A stretch of 64,000 nt of DNA from an uncultured Candidatus Entotheonella sp. (GTDB lineage Bacteria; Tectomicrobia; Entotheonellia; Entotheonellales; Entotheonellaceae), in contig OZ244252.1 in NCBI GenBank assembly GCA_965217185.1, forward strand, positions 2,240,001 to 2,304,000, written 5' to 3'. Made by a program: the position numbers and the translations under genes. Of this stretch, positions 11,299 to 21,110 are shown in pieces. Position 1 is the first letter of the stretch; each line of letters begins with the position of its first letter. The notes under the pieces were generated by a model. The model had not been told where the DNA came from. It saw only the letters and a list, made by a program, of their open reading frames with translations, and made no database searches.

Positions 11299-11991
11299 GT
11301 GGAGATTCGCATTGGCAGCCTGTTGCGCGGTGCCCAGGAAGCAATGGGGACGACGATCATTATTGACGTGTTTCGTGCTTTCACGACCGCGGCGGTGGCG
11401 TTTGCGCGCGGGGCCGAGAAAATCATCCTGGTGGCCGAGGTCGAGGAGGCCCTGGCCTTGCGGCGCCAAGGTGCCGGACAGCTCTGTATGGGCGAGGTCG
11501 CCGGCGTCAAACCCGATGCCTTCGACTACGGCAATTCGCCCCATGAACTCGAAAGCGTTGACCTGACAGGCAAGACGGTTATTCAATCGACCCGCGCCGG
11601 CACCGTGGGCGCCACCGCGGCATCGGCGGCCGAGAAACTTTACCTGGGATCGTTCGTTACCGCCGCAGCGACCGTGCGCACCATTCAACAACAGAAACCC
11701 GATCTGGTCAGCATTGTGGCGATGGGCTATGCCTCCAAGCAGCGCGCCGATGAGGATGAGCAATGCGCCCTGTACCTGCGCAACTGCCTGCAAGGCCGCC
11801 GGCCCGATCCCGATGCGGTTCGCCAACTGGTACGCGTGGGCCACGAAGCCCAGAAGTACGACGATCCTACCCAGCCGCAATTCCATCCCCAGGACAAAGA
11901 CCTTGCCCTGCACATCGACCGCTATGCCTTCGCCATTCCCGTCACCCGCGAAAACGGTCTGCTGGTTGCCCGCCCGCAGCCCAGGCCGTGA
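11299..11991 (+). CDS. 2-phosphosulfolactate phosphatase family (ComB-like)
   Basis: IIDVFRAFTT, GE..G, FDYGNSP, STRAGT and EDEQCA motifs. Confidence 0.82.
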   Translation: MEIRIGSLLRGAQEAMGTTIIIDVFRAFTTAAVAFARGAEKIILVAEVEEALALRRQGAGQLCMGEVAGVKPDAFDYGNSPHELESVDLTGKTVIQSTRAGTVGATAASAAEKLYLGSFVTAAATVRTIQQQKPDLVSIVAMGYASKQRADEDEQCALYLRNCLQGRRPDPDAVRQLVRVGHEAQKYDDPTQPQFHPQDKDLALHIDRYAFAIPVTRENGLLVARPQPRP

Positions 11992-11995
11992 GACC

Positions 11996-12880
11996 TTAAC
12001 ATTTCGCAAATTCGACGCCGCACCACTGCTCCCACAAAGTCGCCAAGGAGGCATAGTCAAGATTCTCCAAGCCGCTGGCGGCGGCGAGCTCGTACGGCGT
12101 GTGCGACGCCTGAATAGCGTATAGCGGCACACCCAACTGTTGGGCAACCTCCAGGGCCAAGATGGAATCCTTGCGGGCATTGAGGACGGACATGCCGCCG
12201 TCGTAGTGCCCTTGCATCATGCGCTCGCGAACCCGGTGGGTCAGCGGGCGCTTCAGTCCCTCCTCGCCTTCCAGCAGATCGACCAGGGTGGGCATGGGGA
12301 TGTCCAGCTTGGCGGCCAAGGCGGCGGCTTCGATCAGCACCACCATGACGGCGTGCATGACGGCGTTGTTCACCACCTTGGCGCCCATGCCGGCGCCGAC
12401 CGGACCCAGGTGCATGATCTTTTTGGCCATGGGCGCGAGCACGTGCCGGGCCTGCTCCACGTCCGCCGGCTCGCCGCCGACCAGGAAGGTGACCTGTCCC
12501 GCCGCCATCGCCGCCACGCCGCTGGCGATCGCCGCGTCTACGAAGCGCACCTGGCGTGCGCGGCACAGGCCGTCCAGGGTCTGCGCTACCTTGGGTGTGA
12601 CCGTGCTTGTTTCGATGATGAGTTCGGGCACCCGTTCGGCTGCGAGGAGCTCGGTCACCACGGCCTGCGAAATATCCGACGCCGGCAGTGACAGGATGAT
12701 CCGTCTGGCACGGGTCGCCACCTCTGCGACTGAATCAACGCACTCGATCGCCAGCCCCGACACCGCCTGACGGCGGTTCGGGTCGCGGTCGTAGCCGACC
12801 AGCGGCAATTTCCCCGATAAGGCCGTGGCAAGCGCCGAACCGGCATTGCCGAGGGCGATCATGCCGACTGCATCTGACAT
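11996..12880 (-). CDS. NAD(P)-dependent beta-hydroxyacid dehydrogenase (3-hydroxyisobutyrate DH family)
   Basis: Rossmann fold start, ETSTVTP, DAAIASG, GPVGAGMGAKVVNN and KD motif. Confidence 0.85.
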   Translation of the reverse strand: MSDAVGMIALGNAGSALATALSGKLPLVGYDRDPNRRQAVSGLAIECVDSVAEVATRARRIILSLPASDISQAVVTELLAAERVPELIIETSTVTPKVAQTLDGLCRARQVRFVDAAIASGVAAMAAGQVTFLVGGEPADVEQARHVLAPMAKKIMHLGPVGAGMGAKVVNNAVMHAVMVVLIEAAALAAKLDIPMPTLVDLLEGEEGLKRPLTHRVRERMMQGHYDGGMSVLNARKDSILALEVAQQLGVPLYAIQASHTPYELAAASGLENLDYASLATLWEQWCGVEFAKC

Positions 12881-12914
12881 GACGTGCTCCTTTCTGTGAT
12901 ATAGGATCAATCCC

Positions 12915-12938
12915 TGTTGGCGTGTTGGCGTGTTGGCG
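12915..12938. repeat. TGTTGGCG x3 tandem repeat in a divergent intergenic region
   Basis: Three exact 8-bp copies. Confidence 0.8.
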
Positions 12939-13070
12939 CCGCGCCGCCGCATTGACTCCCTGCCGGGCCTTGTTTACCATGCCCCACCAATTTTGTGAAA
13001 CCTGAAGCATTGGGCGTCGACCTCCGGCAGGGCGGCGGCCCGGCAACTATTGCGCGCACAGGAGAAAGCG

Positions 13071-14213
13071 ATGGCCGCCTTTAATCTCATCTCAGCCGAT
13101 TCCCACATTGTTGAACCGCCCGATCTTTACGAAACCCGAATCGAGCCGAAATTCAGGGACGCGGCCCCACGTCTGGAGCGGCATCGCACCCGCCAGGGCC
13201 GGGAATACGACGCTTGGTATCTCAACGGCATGCGTTGCGGCACGGTGGGCTCCGTCATTCAGGCCGGCAAGCGCTTCGAGGAACCCGGCTCGCTGGATTT
13301 CCTGGGGATATGGGAAGACGTGAAGAAAGCGGCTTACGAGCCGCACGCGATGATCGAGGAATTGGAAGTCGACGGGGTATGGGGCGCCTGCCTGCAGCCG
13401 AGCCAGGGGCTCTTCTGGTACCGTATTGACGACAGCGTCCTGTTGACGGCCCTGTGCCGCGCCTACAACGATTGGATAGCCGACTTTTGCAATGCCGATC
13501 CCAAACGGCTCAAGGGCATCGCCATGCTGAACGTCGACGACGTCGATGAAGCCTGCTACGAGTTGGAGCGGTGCGCCAAGATGGGCCTGGTCGGCGCCTT
13601 CATCCCGGTTTATCCGCTGCCGGATCGCCCTTACCGGCACGCCATTTACGACCGCCTGTGGTGGACCGCACAGGACGTTAACATACCGTTGATGCTGCAC
13701 ATCGGCACCAACAGGGGCGGTATTCCCGGCTGCGAATTTACCATCGACATCAACGAGATCACGGCTGCCGGATTTGCCACCATGGACCACTGGGTGCGTT
13801 ACTCGCTGACCGCCATGATCTTCGCGGGCGTCTTCGAGCGTTACCCGCGCCTGAAGGTCGGCTCGGTGGAGCATGAGACGGCCTGGGTGCCCCACTGGCT
13901 GCAGCAGATGGATTTCACCTACCGCGAACGGCCCCTCATCAACCAGCGCTGGCGGTCGCGCGAGGGCATGCTGCCCAGCGATTACTGGCAGCGCAACATG
14001 TTTGTGGAGTTCATGGAGGACGAGATCGGCATTCGCTTGCGCGACCTGATCGGCACGGACAATATGCTGTGGGGCAATGACTTTCCGCACGCAGAATCGA
14101 CGTGGCCGCGCTCGCAGCAGTTTCTCGACCGTATTTTTGCCGATGCGCCAGACGAAACGCGGCGAAAAATAACGGCCGATAACGCCGCCAAGATGTTCGG
14201 ATTCGATGGCTAA
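13071..14213 (+). CDS. Amidohydrolase family 2 protein
   Basis: ISADSHIVEP, AYNDW, LHIG, FERYPRLK, WGNDFPHAESTWP and NAAKMF motifs. Confidence 0.9.
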   Translation: MAAFNLISADSHIVEPPDLYETRIEPKFRDAAPRLERHRTRQGREYDAWYLNGMRCGTVGSVIQAGKRFEEPGSLDFLGIWEDVKKAAYEPHAMIEELEVDGVWGACLQPSQGLFWYRIDDSVLLTALCRAYNDWIADFCNADPKRLKGIAMLNVDDVDEACYELERCAKMGLVGAFIPVYPLPDRPYRHAIYDRLWWTAQDVNIPLMLHIGTNRGGIPGCEFTIDINEITAAGFATMDHWVRYSLTAMIFAGVFERYPRLKVGSVEHETAWVPHWLQQMDFTYRERPLINQRWRSREGMLPSDYWQRNMFVEFMEDEIGIRLRDLIGTDNMLWGNDFPHAESTWPRSQQFLDRIFADAPDETRRKITADNAAKMFGFDG

Positions 14214-14270
14214 ACGGCAGGGGGAGAGAGGCGCTCCGCAGGGTCCTGCGTCTTCGAGTCGGGCCGCGGC

Positions 14271-14753
14271 TTAGAGCAGATTAAAGCGGCGCATGACCTC
14301 GGCTAGCTGGGCATCCTCCTGAGCCACGGGTGCGGAGGGTGTCGAGCAGCCTTCGCGGCAATCCTTCCCGCTCGACGAATTCGACCGCTTCCCGGCGCGC
14401 CTGCCGGATGATGGTGCGCCGGTCCCAGTAGGCGAATCCAATGTTCGCCAGCGATACGGTCGTAAAGATGCCGATCAGGATGTAGATGAAGTTGAACATG
14501 TCATCGAAGCGATTGTTGACGTCTCCGAACCGGTCGTTGACGTCCCCGAAACGGTCGTTGACCTGCTCGAAGCGCTTGTCGATCTGTTCAAAGCGTCTGT
14601 CAATCTGCTCGAAGCGTTCGTCCACCCGCTTCTCGAATTGATCCAACCGCACTTTCAATTCGATCAACATCTCCCGGTCCTGCTGCGTGAAGCCGTCGGC
14701 TGCCAAGGCAGGCATGGCTACCAGGATCAGGCCGACAGTACCAGGTATCTCAC
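14271..14753 (-). pseudogene. Signal-peptide, heptad-repeat coiled-coil membrane protein with two frameshifts
   Basis: RBS AGAGGAG and GTG at 14753 give MRYLVL; a 1-nt deficit near 14735 joins VGLILVAMPALAADG; an extra C near 14329 hides the tail VAQEDAQLAEVMRRFNLL* (TAA at 14271). Confidence 0.65.
14504..14629. repeat. Six imperfect 21-bp tandem repeats (RFEQIDK/RFGDVND heptads)
   Basis: Units such as ccgaaccggtcgttgacgtcc and ccgaaacggtcgttgacctgc. Confidence 0.85.
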
Positions 14754-14773
14754 CGCTTACTCCTCTCTGGCTG

Positions 14774-15253
14774 CTAAGCTTCCTGCAAGTCGATGCGCCA
14801 CACGCCATCCGTCATCCAGCACGCCTTGCAAGGGGCTCCCCGTTGCTTGGAAAGGCGGAAAACGTAGCCCACCCGCTGGCCGTTGGCCGTAGTCAGAATC
14901 ACCGTCTGGGTGGCCTCAGAACCCTGGATGCCAATCTGTCCGAAGTGTGCGACTTTGTGGTGCAAAAATGGCCGGTACGTGGGGTCATAAAGTAGGCGGA
15001 TGAAACGCCACAGGGGGCCGGTAACCTGTTTGTTTGCCGGAGAAGCAAATCGGAACGCCACCTCGATGCCGGCGTTCCGGTACGGCGTGTCGTTATTGGC
15101 AAGGGCTTGGACCTGTATGCGGACAACATCTGCCGGGCCGTACTCGGGGCCGGGAAACGCGCCGTGACTTGTTGAATGTGCCGGTGACACAGTGGTCAGA
15201 GCCAGAAAGGCGGCCGCCGCTGCGAATACCAGCCAAGGTTGTCTTCTCAGCAT
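14774..15253 (-). CDS. Secreted DUF4864-like protein
   Basis: Signal peptide; VVRIQVQAL, AFRFASP, GYVFRLSKQ and CWMTDGV pattern. Confidence 0.72.
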   Translation of the reverse strand: MLRRQPWLVFAAAAAFLALTTVSPAHSTSHGAFPGPEYGPADVVRIQVQALANNDTPYRNAGIEVAFRFASPANKQVTGPLWRFIRLLYDPTYRPFLHHKVAHFGQIGIQGSEATQTVILTTANGQRVGYVFRLSKQRGAPCKACWMTDGVWRIDLQEA

Positions 15254-15394
15254 GATCGGGCCTCCTTTAACGTGTCCTGAACCGCAGACTCCGTATATAT
15301 CCTAAACACCGGCGCTTATGCAAACACCGGTTGCCTGCCTTATAATGCAGCCTTGCCAATCCAGCCCAGCCGTCCAATCCAAAAGGGAAAATTC

Positions 15395-16759
15395 ATGGTC
15401 AGTACCAAGCCGCCGAGCGGCATGCGGGATTATCTGCCGGAGGTCGTCCGCAAGCGCCGCCACGTCATCGCAAAGGTAGAACGCATCTTCCAGCAGTACG
15501 GGTTCCTGCCCTTGGAAACCCCTACGATGGAGAATCTGACGACGCTGCTCGGCAAGTACGGAGCCGAGGGCGACCAGTTGCTGTACCGCATTCTGCATCG
15601 CGGCGACAAGCTGACCCGCGCCTTGGCCCAAGATGGGGTGCAGCAGGCCGACTTGGCGGAGTTAGGGTTACGTTACGACCTGACGGTCCCATTGGCGCGC
15701 GTCGTGGCCCAATACGGGCACCAGCTTCCCCGCTTCTTCAAACGCTACCAAATCCAGCCGGTGTGGCGTGCCGACCGCCCCGCCAAGGGCCGCTTCCGTG
15801 AGTTTTATCAATGTGACGTGGACGTTACCGGCACGCGGTCCCTGATCGCCGAAGCCGAGGTGCTGAACGCCATCAGCGACGTGCTGCAGGATATTGGCTT
15901 TCGCAACTGCACCATCGCCATCAACCACCGGGCTCTATTGCGCAGCATGATTGAGGTCGCCGGATTGGCACCGGATCAGGAAGAAACCGCCTTGGTGGCC
16001 ATCGACAAGCTGGACAAAATCGGTGTGGACGGGGTGCAGGATGAACTCGTGGAGCGCGGCATTCCGGCGACGGCAGCGCGTCACCTGCTGGATTGTACCG
16101 TCGTGTCCGAGGGAAGCGACAACGCCCAGCGGCTCAAGGAGTTGCGCGATCTTCTTCCCTTGGTGCCTGCCCAACAAGCCTTGGATGATCTCGAAAATCT
16201 TTTCTGTATTACTGCCGAAGCGTCCAGCGCCCCCCTGCTACGGCTGACGCCGGGGTTGGCGCGTGGTTTGAGTTATTACACAGGGCCTATCTTCGAAATC
16301 GTCTCCAGCGACTTCAGCGGCTCGCTGGGCGGCGGTGGGCGATACGACAATCTGGTTGGTATGTTCAGCGGCAAGCAGGTCCCGGCGGTCGGCTTCTCAC
16401 TCGGCCTTGAGCGCATTCTTCTGGTCATGGATGAGCACGGCTTGTTTCCGGCTTTGCCCATCTCTGCCGACGTGATGATCTGTCCGTTGCCCGGGACGCC
16501 GTTAGCGCCCGTTGTCGGACTGGCGTCGCGGCTGCGCCAGGGTGGCGTCAGGGTTGAGTTGTACCCGGAAGAGGCCAAATTGGGTCGCCAGCTCGCCACG
16601 GCGGACGACTTGCAGATACCCTACGCCCTGATCATTGGTTCCGATGAGCTCGCCCAGCAGAAATACACCCTCAAGCATCTGGCCTCCAGCGTGCAGCAGC
16701 AATTAGATGAAGCCGGCCTGCTTGACTTGCTTTCTGGTAGTCCTAGTCCCACCGCGTAG
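15395..16759 (+). CDS. hisS: Histidine--tRNA ligase
   Basis: PSGMRD, LRYDLTVP, WRADRPAKGRFREFYQCDVD, LARGLSYYTG and GGGGRYD motifs. Confidence 0.97.
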   Translation: MVSTKPPSGMRDYLPEVVRKRRHVIAKVERIFQQYGFLPLETPTMENLTTLLGKYGAEGDQLLYRILHRGDKLTRALAQDGVQQADLAELGLRYDLTVPLARVVAQYGHQLPRFFKRYQIQPVWRADRPAKGRFREFYQCDVDVTGTRSLIAEAEVLNAISDVLQDIGFRNCTIAINHRALLRSMIEVAGLAPDQEETALVAIDKLDKIGVDGVQDELVERGIPATAARHLLDCTVVSEGSDNAQRLKELRDLLPLVPAQQALDDLENLFCITAEASSAPLLRLTPGLARGLSYYTGPIFEIVSSDFSGSLGGGGRYDNLVGMFSGKQVPAVGFSLGLERILLVMDEHGLFPALPISADVMICPLPGTPLAPVVGLASRLRQGGVRVELYPEEAKLGRQLATADDLQIPYALIIGSDELAQQKYTLKHLASSVQQQLDEAGLLDLLSGSPSPTA

Positions 16760-16790
16760 CCGAGGCTCGGCGCTCAGCGACATCAGCCCC

Positions 16791-18329
16791 CTACGCCTCG
16801 CCTTTGGCGTTCTGCTTCCACCAGCGCCAGCCCAGGGTCAAGCCGAACACCAGCAGCACCACGTTGATCAGGGTTAGCAGGTAAGCCACGGGCGGTATCG
16901 GTATGCCAGCGATAAACTCGAAGCTGCCGGGCGGCATGAGCGCCGGGCTCGGTTGTGCGGGCGGCTCCGGGGATGGGGGCGACCCCCCTTGCACCATCTG
17001 CTCAACCCGTCGGGTGAGACGGTTCTCCAAATCCTGCAGCGATACTTGAAGCTCCACCGGACTCACGAACGGGACCGTTCCCTGGAGTTCCTGAACGGGC
17101 GCCAAACGGCGCAGCAGGCGGTTTTCCAAATTTCCCAGGAGCAATTTCAATTCCTGCGTGCTGACAAAGGACGACCCCTCTTCAGTGGACAGCCGCACCA
17201 CTTGCGGGGGGGCAACCGCAGCGGCGCTGTCATCGGGAACGGGTTCCTCGGGCGGGGGAGCCACTTCAGCCACCTGGGGTACCGCGGGGGGTTGCTGGGG
17301 CACAATGGAAACGGCGCTGGCGTCGGGGGCAGGCTCCTCGGGCGGGATTTCCGCCTCGTCTACTTGGGTTGTTACAACGGGTTGCGGGACCTGGGCATCG
17401 ACGGGTTCTTCAGGAGTCTCCGCAGCGGGTTCTGGTTCCTCTGCGGCCAGTTCCGCTGTCATATCGAGCGCCTGCTCGGCGGTGGTCACAAGCCGTCGTC
17501 GCCAAGCCTGCCACTGGCTGTGGATGATCTGCTGGGACGCTTCCTTATTCATGCCGCCCAGCCGCTCGGCAAAATCCCCCGGTATTTCCAGATAGGCTCC
17601 GACCTGTAAGCCATGTAGATTCCCGCGCACAAACTCCCCGTGATTCAAAGACCAGAGCAGCACGACCGCTTGCCAGCTTTGCTCCTTGGGAACATCGAGC
17701 TTGCTGACGATGTTGTACATCGTTTCGCCCCGCCGTATCGGTCCATAGAAATCGGGCAAATCGAGTTGCGCTGCAACGCGCGGCAGCGTGGGTGGGGTAA
17801 CAGGTTCGGGCTCCGTTGCAGGCGGCGGGGAAGGAGCGGTTGGCGGCGGGGATGGGATTGGGTCAGCGTTAGCCTGACGGACGACCGGCCGCACGACGGC
17901 GGTCTGTTGCACCTCAGGGGGCGCCGACTCGGTCAGCTCGACGTGGTAATTGCGTACGAAGGTCAGCTTTCCCGAGCGCACCAGCACGAGCAGGTCAAAA
18001 GCTTCGTCCGTGATCGGCACATTCGAGAAAATGCGTATCGTATCCCGCTTGTCCGGGGCCAGAATGACATGCATGTGTTCGAGCATAGGCGCGCGTTGGA
18101 GTTCCTCAAGCTGGTAATCTTGCGGCGTTCCTAGCAATACTTCGAGTTCCCTGTCGCGTTCGTGGGGCTCCAGAACGAAAGGCACTTCGGCGCGGAATGG
18201 CTCATTTGCGGCGCTCTGCACATCAATTTCGCCGACCGAGAACGCCAGCAGGTCGCCAGCCAAGCCAACGCAGGCGGCAATCACGACGAGTCCCGCCCAG
18301 AAACTCCTTGTCATCCAGTATTCCTTCAC
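16791..18329 (-). CDS. FimV-like protein (N-terminal FimV/LysM-like domains, Pro/Glu-rich linker, C-terminal TM anchor)
   Basis: Signal peptide, SVGEIDVQSAANEPFRAEV, YGPIRRGETMYNI...N..F..GNLHGLQVGAYLEIP; TM helix followed by WRWWK. Confidence 0.65.
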   Translation of the reverse strand: MKEYWMTRSFWAGLVVIAACVGLAGDLLAFSVGEIDVQSAANEPFRAEVPFVLEPHERDRELEVLLGTPQDYQLEELQRAPMLEHMHVILAPDKRDTIRIFSNVPITDEAFDLLVLVRSGKLTFVRNYHVELTESAPPEVQQTAVVRPVVRQANADPIPSPPPTAPSPPPATEPEPVTPPTLPRVAAQLDLPDFYGPIRRGETMYNIVSKLDVPKEQSWQAVVLLWSLNHGEFVRGNLHGLQVGAYLEIPGDFAERLGGMNKEASQQIIHSQWQAWRRRLVTTAEQALDMTAELAAEEPEPAAETPEEPVDAQVPQPVVTTQVDEAEIPPEEPAPDASAVSIVPQQPPAVPQVAEVAPPPEEPVPDDSAAAVAPPQVVRLSTEEGSSFVSTQELKLLLGNLENRLLRRLAPVQELQGTVPFVSPVELQVSLQDLENRLTRRVEQMVQGGSPPSPEPPAQPSPALMPPGSFEFIAGIPIPPVAYLLTLINVVLLVFGLTLGWRWWKQNAKGEA

Positions 18330-18486
18330 GTCATCACACCTTTCTGTAGCCCGATAGTGATCACGGCCTTGCTGCGCCGGCCCCGCACGGCGTAAGCTAG
18401 GCTGCCTTGCCCATCAGAGACGACCAATCGGCCCGGAGCCTGCCCTCGGCACATATCCGGGGGGCCGCCGCACTGCTGGAGTTCCC

Positions 18487-20250
18487 ATGCTCAACGCACC
18501 CGAACCGCTGCATTATACGTTGCAATTCCCGGCCCCTCATACCCACTACGCCGAGGTGGCCATGACGATTCCCACGGGCGGGCGGCCCGCCGTCGATCTC
18601 CGCATGGCCGTGTGGACGCCCGGCTCCTACCTTGTTCGGGAATACGCCCGCCACGTCGAAGCCGTGGAAGCCCAGGCCGTTGACGGCCAACCCTTGTCCA
18701 TCGAGAAAATCAGCAAGAACCGCTGGCGCGTTGACACTAGCGGGGCGGATCCGGTGCACGTGACCTACCGCATCTACTGCCGCGAAATGTCCGTTCGCAC
18801 CAATTGGGTCGAGGCCGATTTCGCCCTGCTCAACGGCGCCCCGACGTTCCTGACCCTCGTGGAGGACGGGGGCAGACCTCATGACGTGCAAGTAATCCTG
18901 CCGCCAAACTGGGCAACGATCATGACCGGCCTGCCCGCTAGGCCCGAGCTCGGTGAGCACGGCTACCGCGCCGCCGAATTCGACACGCTCGTCGATACGC
19001 CTATCCTCGCCGGCAATCCTACCGTCCACACGTTCGAGGTTGACGGCAAGCCGCACTATCTGGTCAACGAGGGCGAGGCCGGCGTGTGGGACGGCCCGCG
19101 CTCGGCGACGGACACGGAAAAAATCGTGCACGCCCATTGGCGCATGTGGGGCGGGCGCCTGCCCTATGATCAATATGTCTTCCTGAATCTGCTCACGCAG
19201 GCCGGCGGCGGTCTCGAACACCATAATTCCACCGTATTGATGACCAACCGTTGGAACACCCGCGCCCGCGAGGCCTATCTCGACTGGCTGCGATTGGTGA
19301 GCCACGAATACTTCCACGTCTGGAACGTCAAGCGGCTGCGTCCGGTGGAATTGGGGCCTTTTGATTATGAGCGCGAAGTATATACCAAAAACCTGTGGAT
19401 CGCCGAAGGCGTCACGGCCTACTACACCGAGCTGGGCGTGCGGCGCGCTGGGCTGTGCAGCGAGGCGGAATTCCTCGACGGCCTTTCCGGCTTGATCCGG
19501 CGCTTGCAGACCACCCCCGGGCGGCTCGTGCACCCCCTGGAGATGGCCTCTTACGACGCCTGGGTCAAGCTCTATCGCAGTGACGAGAATTCGCCCAACA
19601 CCACCATCAGCTACTACACCAAGGGCGCCGTCGTCGCCTTCCTGCTGGACGCCAAAGTCCGCGCCGCCACGGATGGTTGCAAAAGCCTCGACGACGTACT
19701 GCGGCTGGCTTACGCGCGCTATTCGGGGGCACGGGGTTTCACCCGTGAAGAATTCCGCGCCGTGGCGCAAGAGGTGGCGAAAATACCCCTGCACGATTGG
19801 TTCGTCAGCACGCTGGAAACCACGTCGGAATTGGACTACACGGAGGCGTTGGATTGGCTGGGGCTGCGCTTCGCCTTGGCTGAGGCGGCTTGCGCGGCGG
19901 GAGGCTGGACCGGCCTGGAGACACGCGTCGTTCAGGGCCGCCTGCTGGTTTCGCAGGTGCGGCGCGAAACGCCAGGCTGGCACGCCGCCTTTAACGTTGA
20001 CGACGAAATCCTGGCCATTGACGACGATCGCGTGCTACCAGACCAATGGAAAACACGGCTCAAGCAGTATCAAACCGGCGACCGTGTTTCCGTGCTCATT
20101 GCCCGCCGCGGCCGCCTGCGGCGGCTCGATATCGTCCTTGAAGCCGAACCGCCGAACGTCTGGAAACTGGAACCGCATCCCGACGCCAGCGACGCTCAAT
20201 TGGCTCGCAGGGCTGCCTGGCTGGCGGGCCCGGCGACGCTACCGAGTTGA
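18487..20250 (+). CDS. M61 family glycyl aminopeptidase with C-terminal PDZ domain
   Basis: WTPGSYLVRE, GGGLEH, HEYFH zincin motif, LWIAEGVTAYY, SYYTKG and a PDZ-like tail. Confidence 0.93.
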   Translation: MLNAPEPLHYTLQFPAPHTHYAEVAMTIPTGGRPAVDLRMAVWTPGSYLVREYARHVEAVEAQAVDGQPLSIEKISKNRWRVDTSGADPVHVTYRIYCREMSVRTNWVEADFALLNGAPTFLTLVEDGGRPHDVQVILPPNWATIMTGLPARPELGEHGYRAAEFDTLVDTPILAGNPTVHTFEVDGKPHYLVNEGEAGVWDGPRSATDTEKIVHAHWRMWGGRLPYDQYVFLNLLTQAGGGLEHHNSTVLMTNRWNTRAREAYLDWLRLVSHEYFHVWNVKRLRPVELGPFDYEREVYTKNLWIAEGVTAYYTELGVRRAGLCSEAEFLDGLSGLIRRLQTTPGRLVHPLEMASYDAWVKLYRSDENSPNTTISYYTKGAVVAFLLDAKVRAATDGCKSLDDVLRLAYARYSGARGFTREEFRAVAQEVAKIPLHDWFVSTLETTSELDYTEALDWLGLRFALAEAACAAGGWTGLETRVVQGRLLVSQVRRETPGWHAAFNVDDEILAIDDDRVLPDQWKTRLKQYQTGDRVSVLIARRGRLRRLDIVLEAEPPNVWKLEPHPDASDAQLARRAAWLAGPATLPS

Positions 20251-20313
20251 GAGCCTCAACACGATTCCCGTTCTTGTCACAAATATTGGTGAAGTGTTTC
20301 TTCCAGGAACCGG

Positions 20314-21110
20314 CATGACATTTGACGCAACCCCGCTTCTCGGCCTCTCGCCCTCCTGCTCCTGTTCATTGCAACCTGACCGGCCATCGCACAACCGGCT
20401 GACCCACTTGAGGCGAGAGTGAAGCGGCGGCTCTGGGAGGTCCACACAACGCAGCGCTACCGAACGGCAGGTGATTTTCGAGACCGGCACGGCAGTCTCG
20501 GGTACGAGAGCATGCTCGGCGTCACCGGCAGCAGCTTTCTCCCAGGGACGGGGCTGCTGAGAGCCGGTGTGGATTACGCACACACCCGGTTTGCGTTCGC
20601 TTCGGATACCCGGCTGGGCGCGGCAGGATCAGAGCCCTTCCGACACGTCCAAGAAGTCCGGCTGTCCGCCCAGCTTCTCACCCCGCTGTCAAAAACGTGG
20701 AGCAGTCAATTGTTCGGTGCCGTGATCAACGCCTTCGAGTCCGGGGCCGCGCTGGACGACGTCCTCAGCGGCATCGCGGGGCTGGGGGTGATGTACCGCT
20801 CTTCCGAGCGCTTATCCATCGGACTCGGCGCACTCCTCCTGCGCCCGTTGGGAAATCGGGAGATCATCGTTGTGCCCATCGCACTGGTGAATTGGCAGGT
20901 GACGGACCGCTTGACGCTGCGCAGCCGCGAGGATATCACGCTCACCTTACCTGCTTGATCCGCGGCGACGCCTGTCGGTGGCAGCCGTGGCGTCGTTTTT
21001 TGACCGCAAGCAATTTCGGCTGGATGAAAGGGGAGTGATTCTGGACGGCGTTGCCGAGCTCAAGGGCTTCGAGGTTGGCAGCCGGGTTACCTGGGAGCCG
21101 TCCCCGGACC
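20314..21110 (+). pseudogene. Disrupted outer-membrane beta-barrel-like protein (DUF6268-like)
   Basis: Signal-like RPLALLLLFIAT* broken by TGA at 20377-20379; alternating beta-strand pattern; +1 frameshift at 20947 (LT/YLLDPRR...); similarity lost after WEPSP near 21105; start position uncertain. Confidence 0.55.

Noticed and set aside
11299..11991. Coenzyme M biosynthesis linking the ComB-like gene to the MetE-like enzyme as an epoxyalkane:CoM transferase
   Set aside because: No comA or alkene monooxygenase genes here, and ComB-like phosphatases are widespread without CoM; unsupported
14504..14629. Regularly spaced repeats as a possible CRISPR array
   Set aside because: Contiguous 21-bp coding heptads with no spacers and no cas genes
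20377..20379. In-frame TGA as selenocysteine or read-through
   Set aside because: It falls in a signal peptide and the gene carries further lesions, so a nonsense mutation is the simpler explanation
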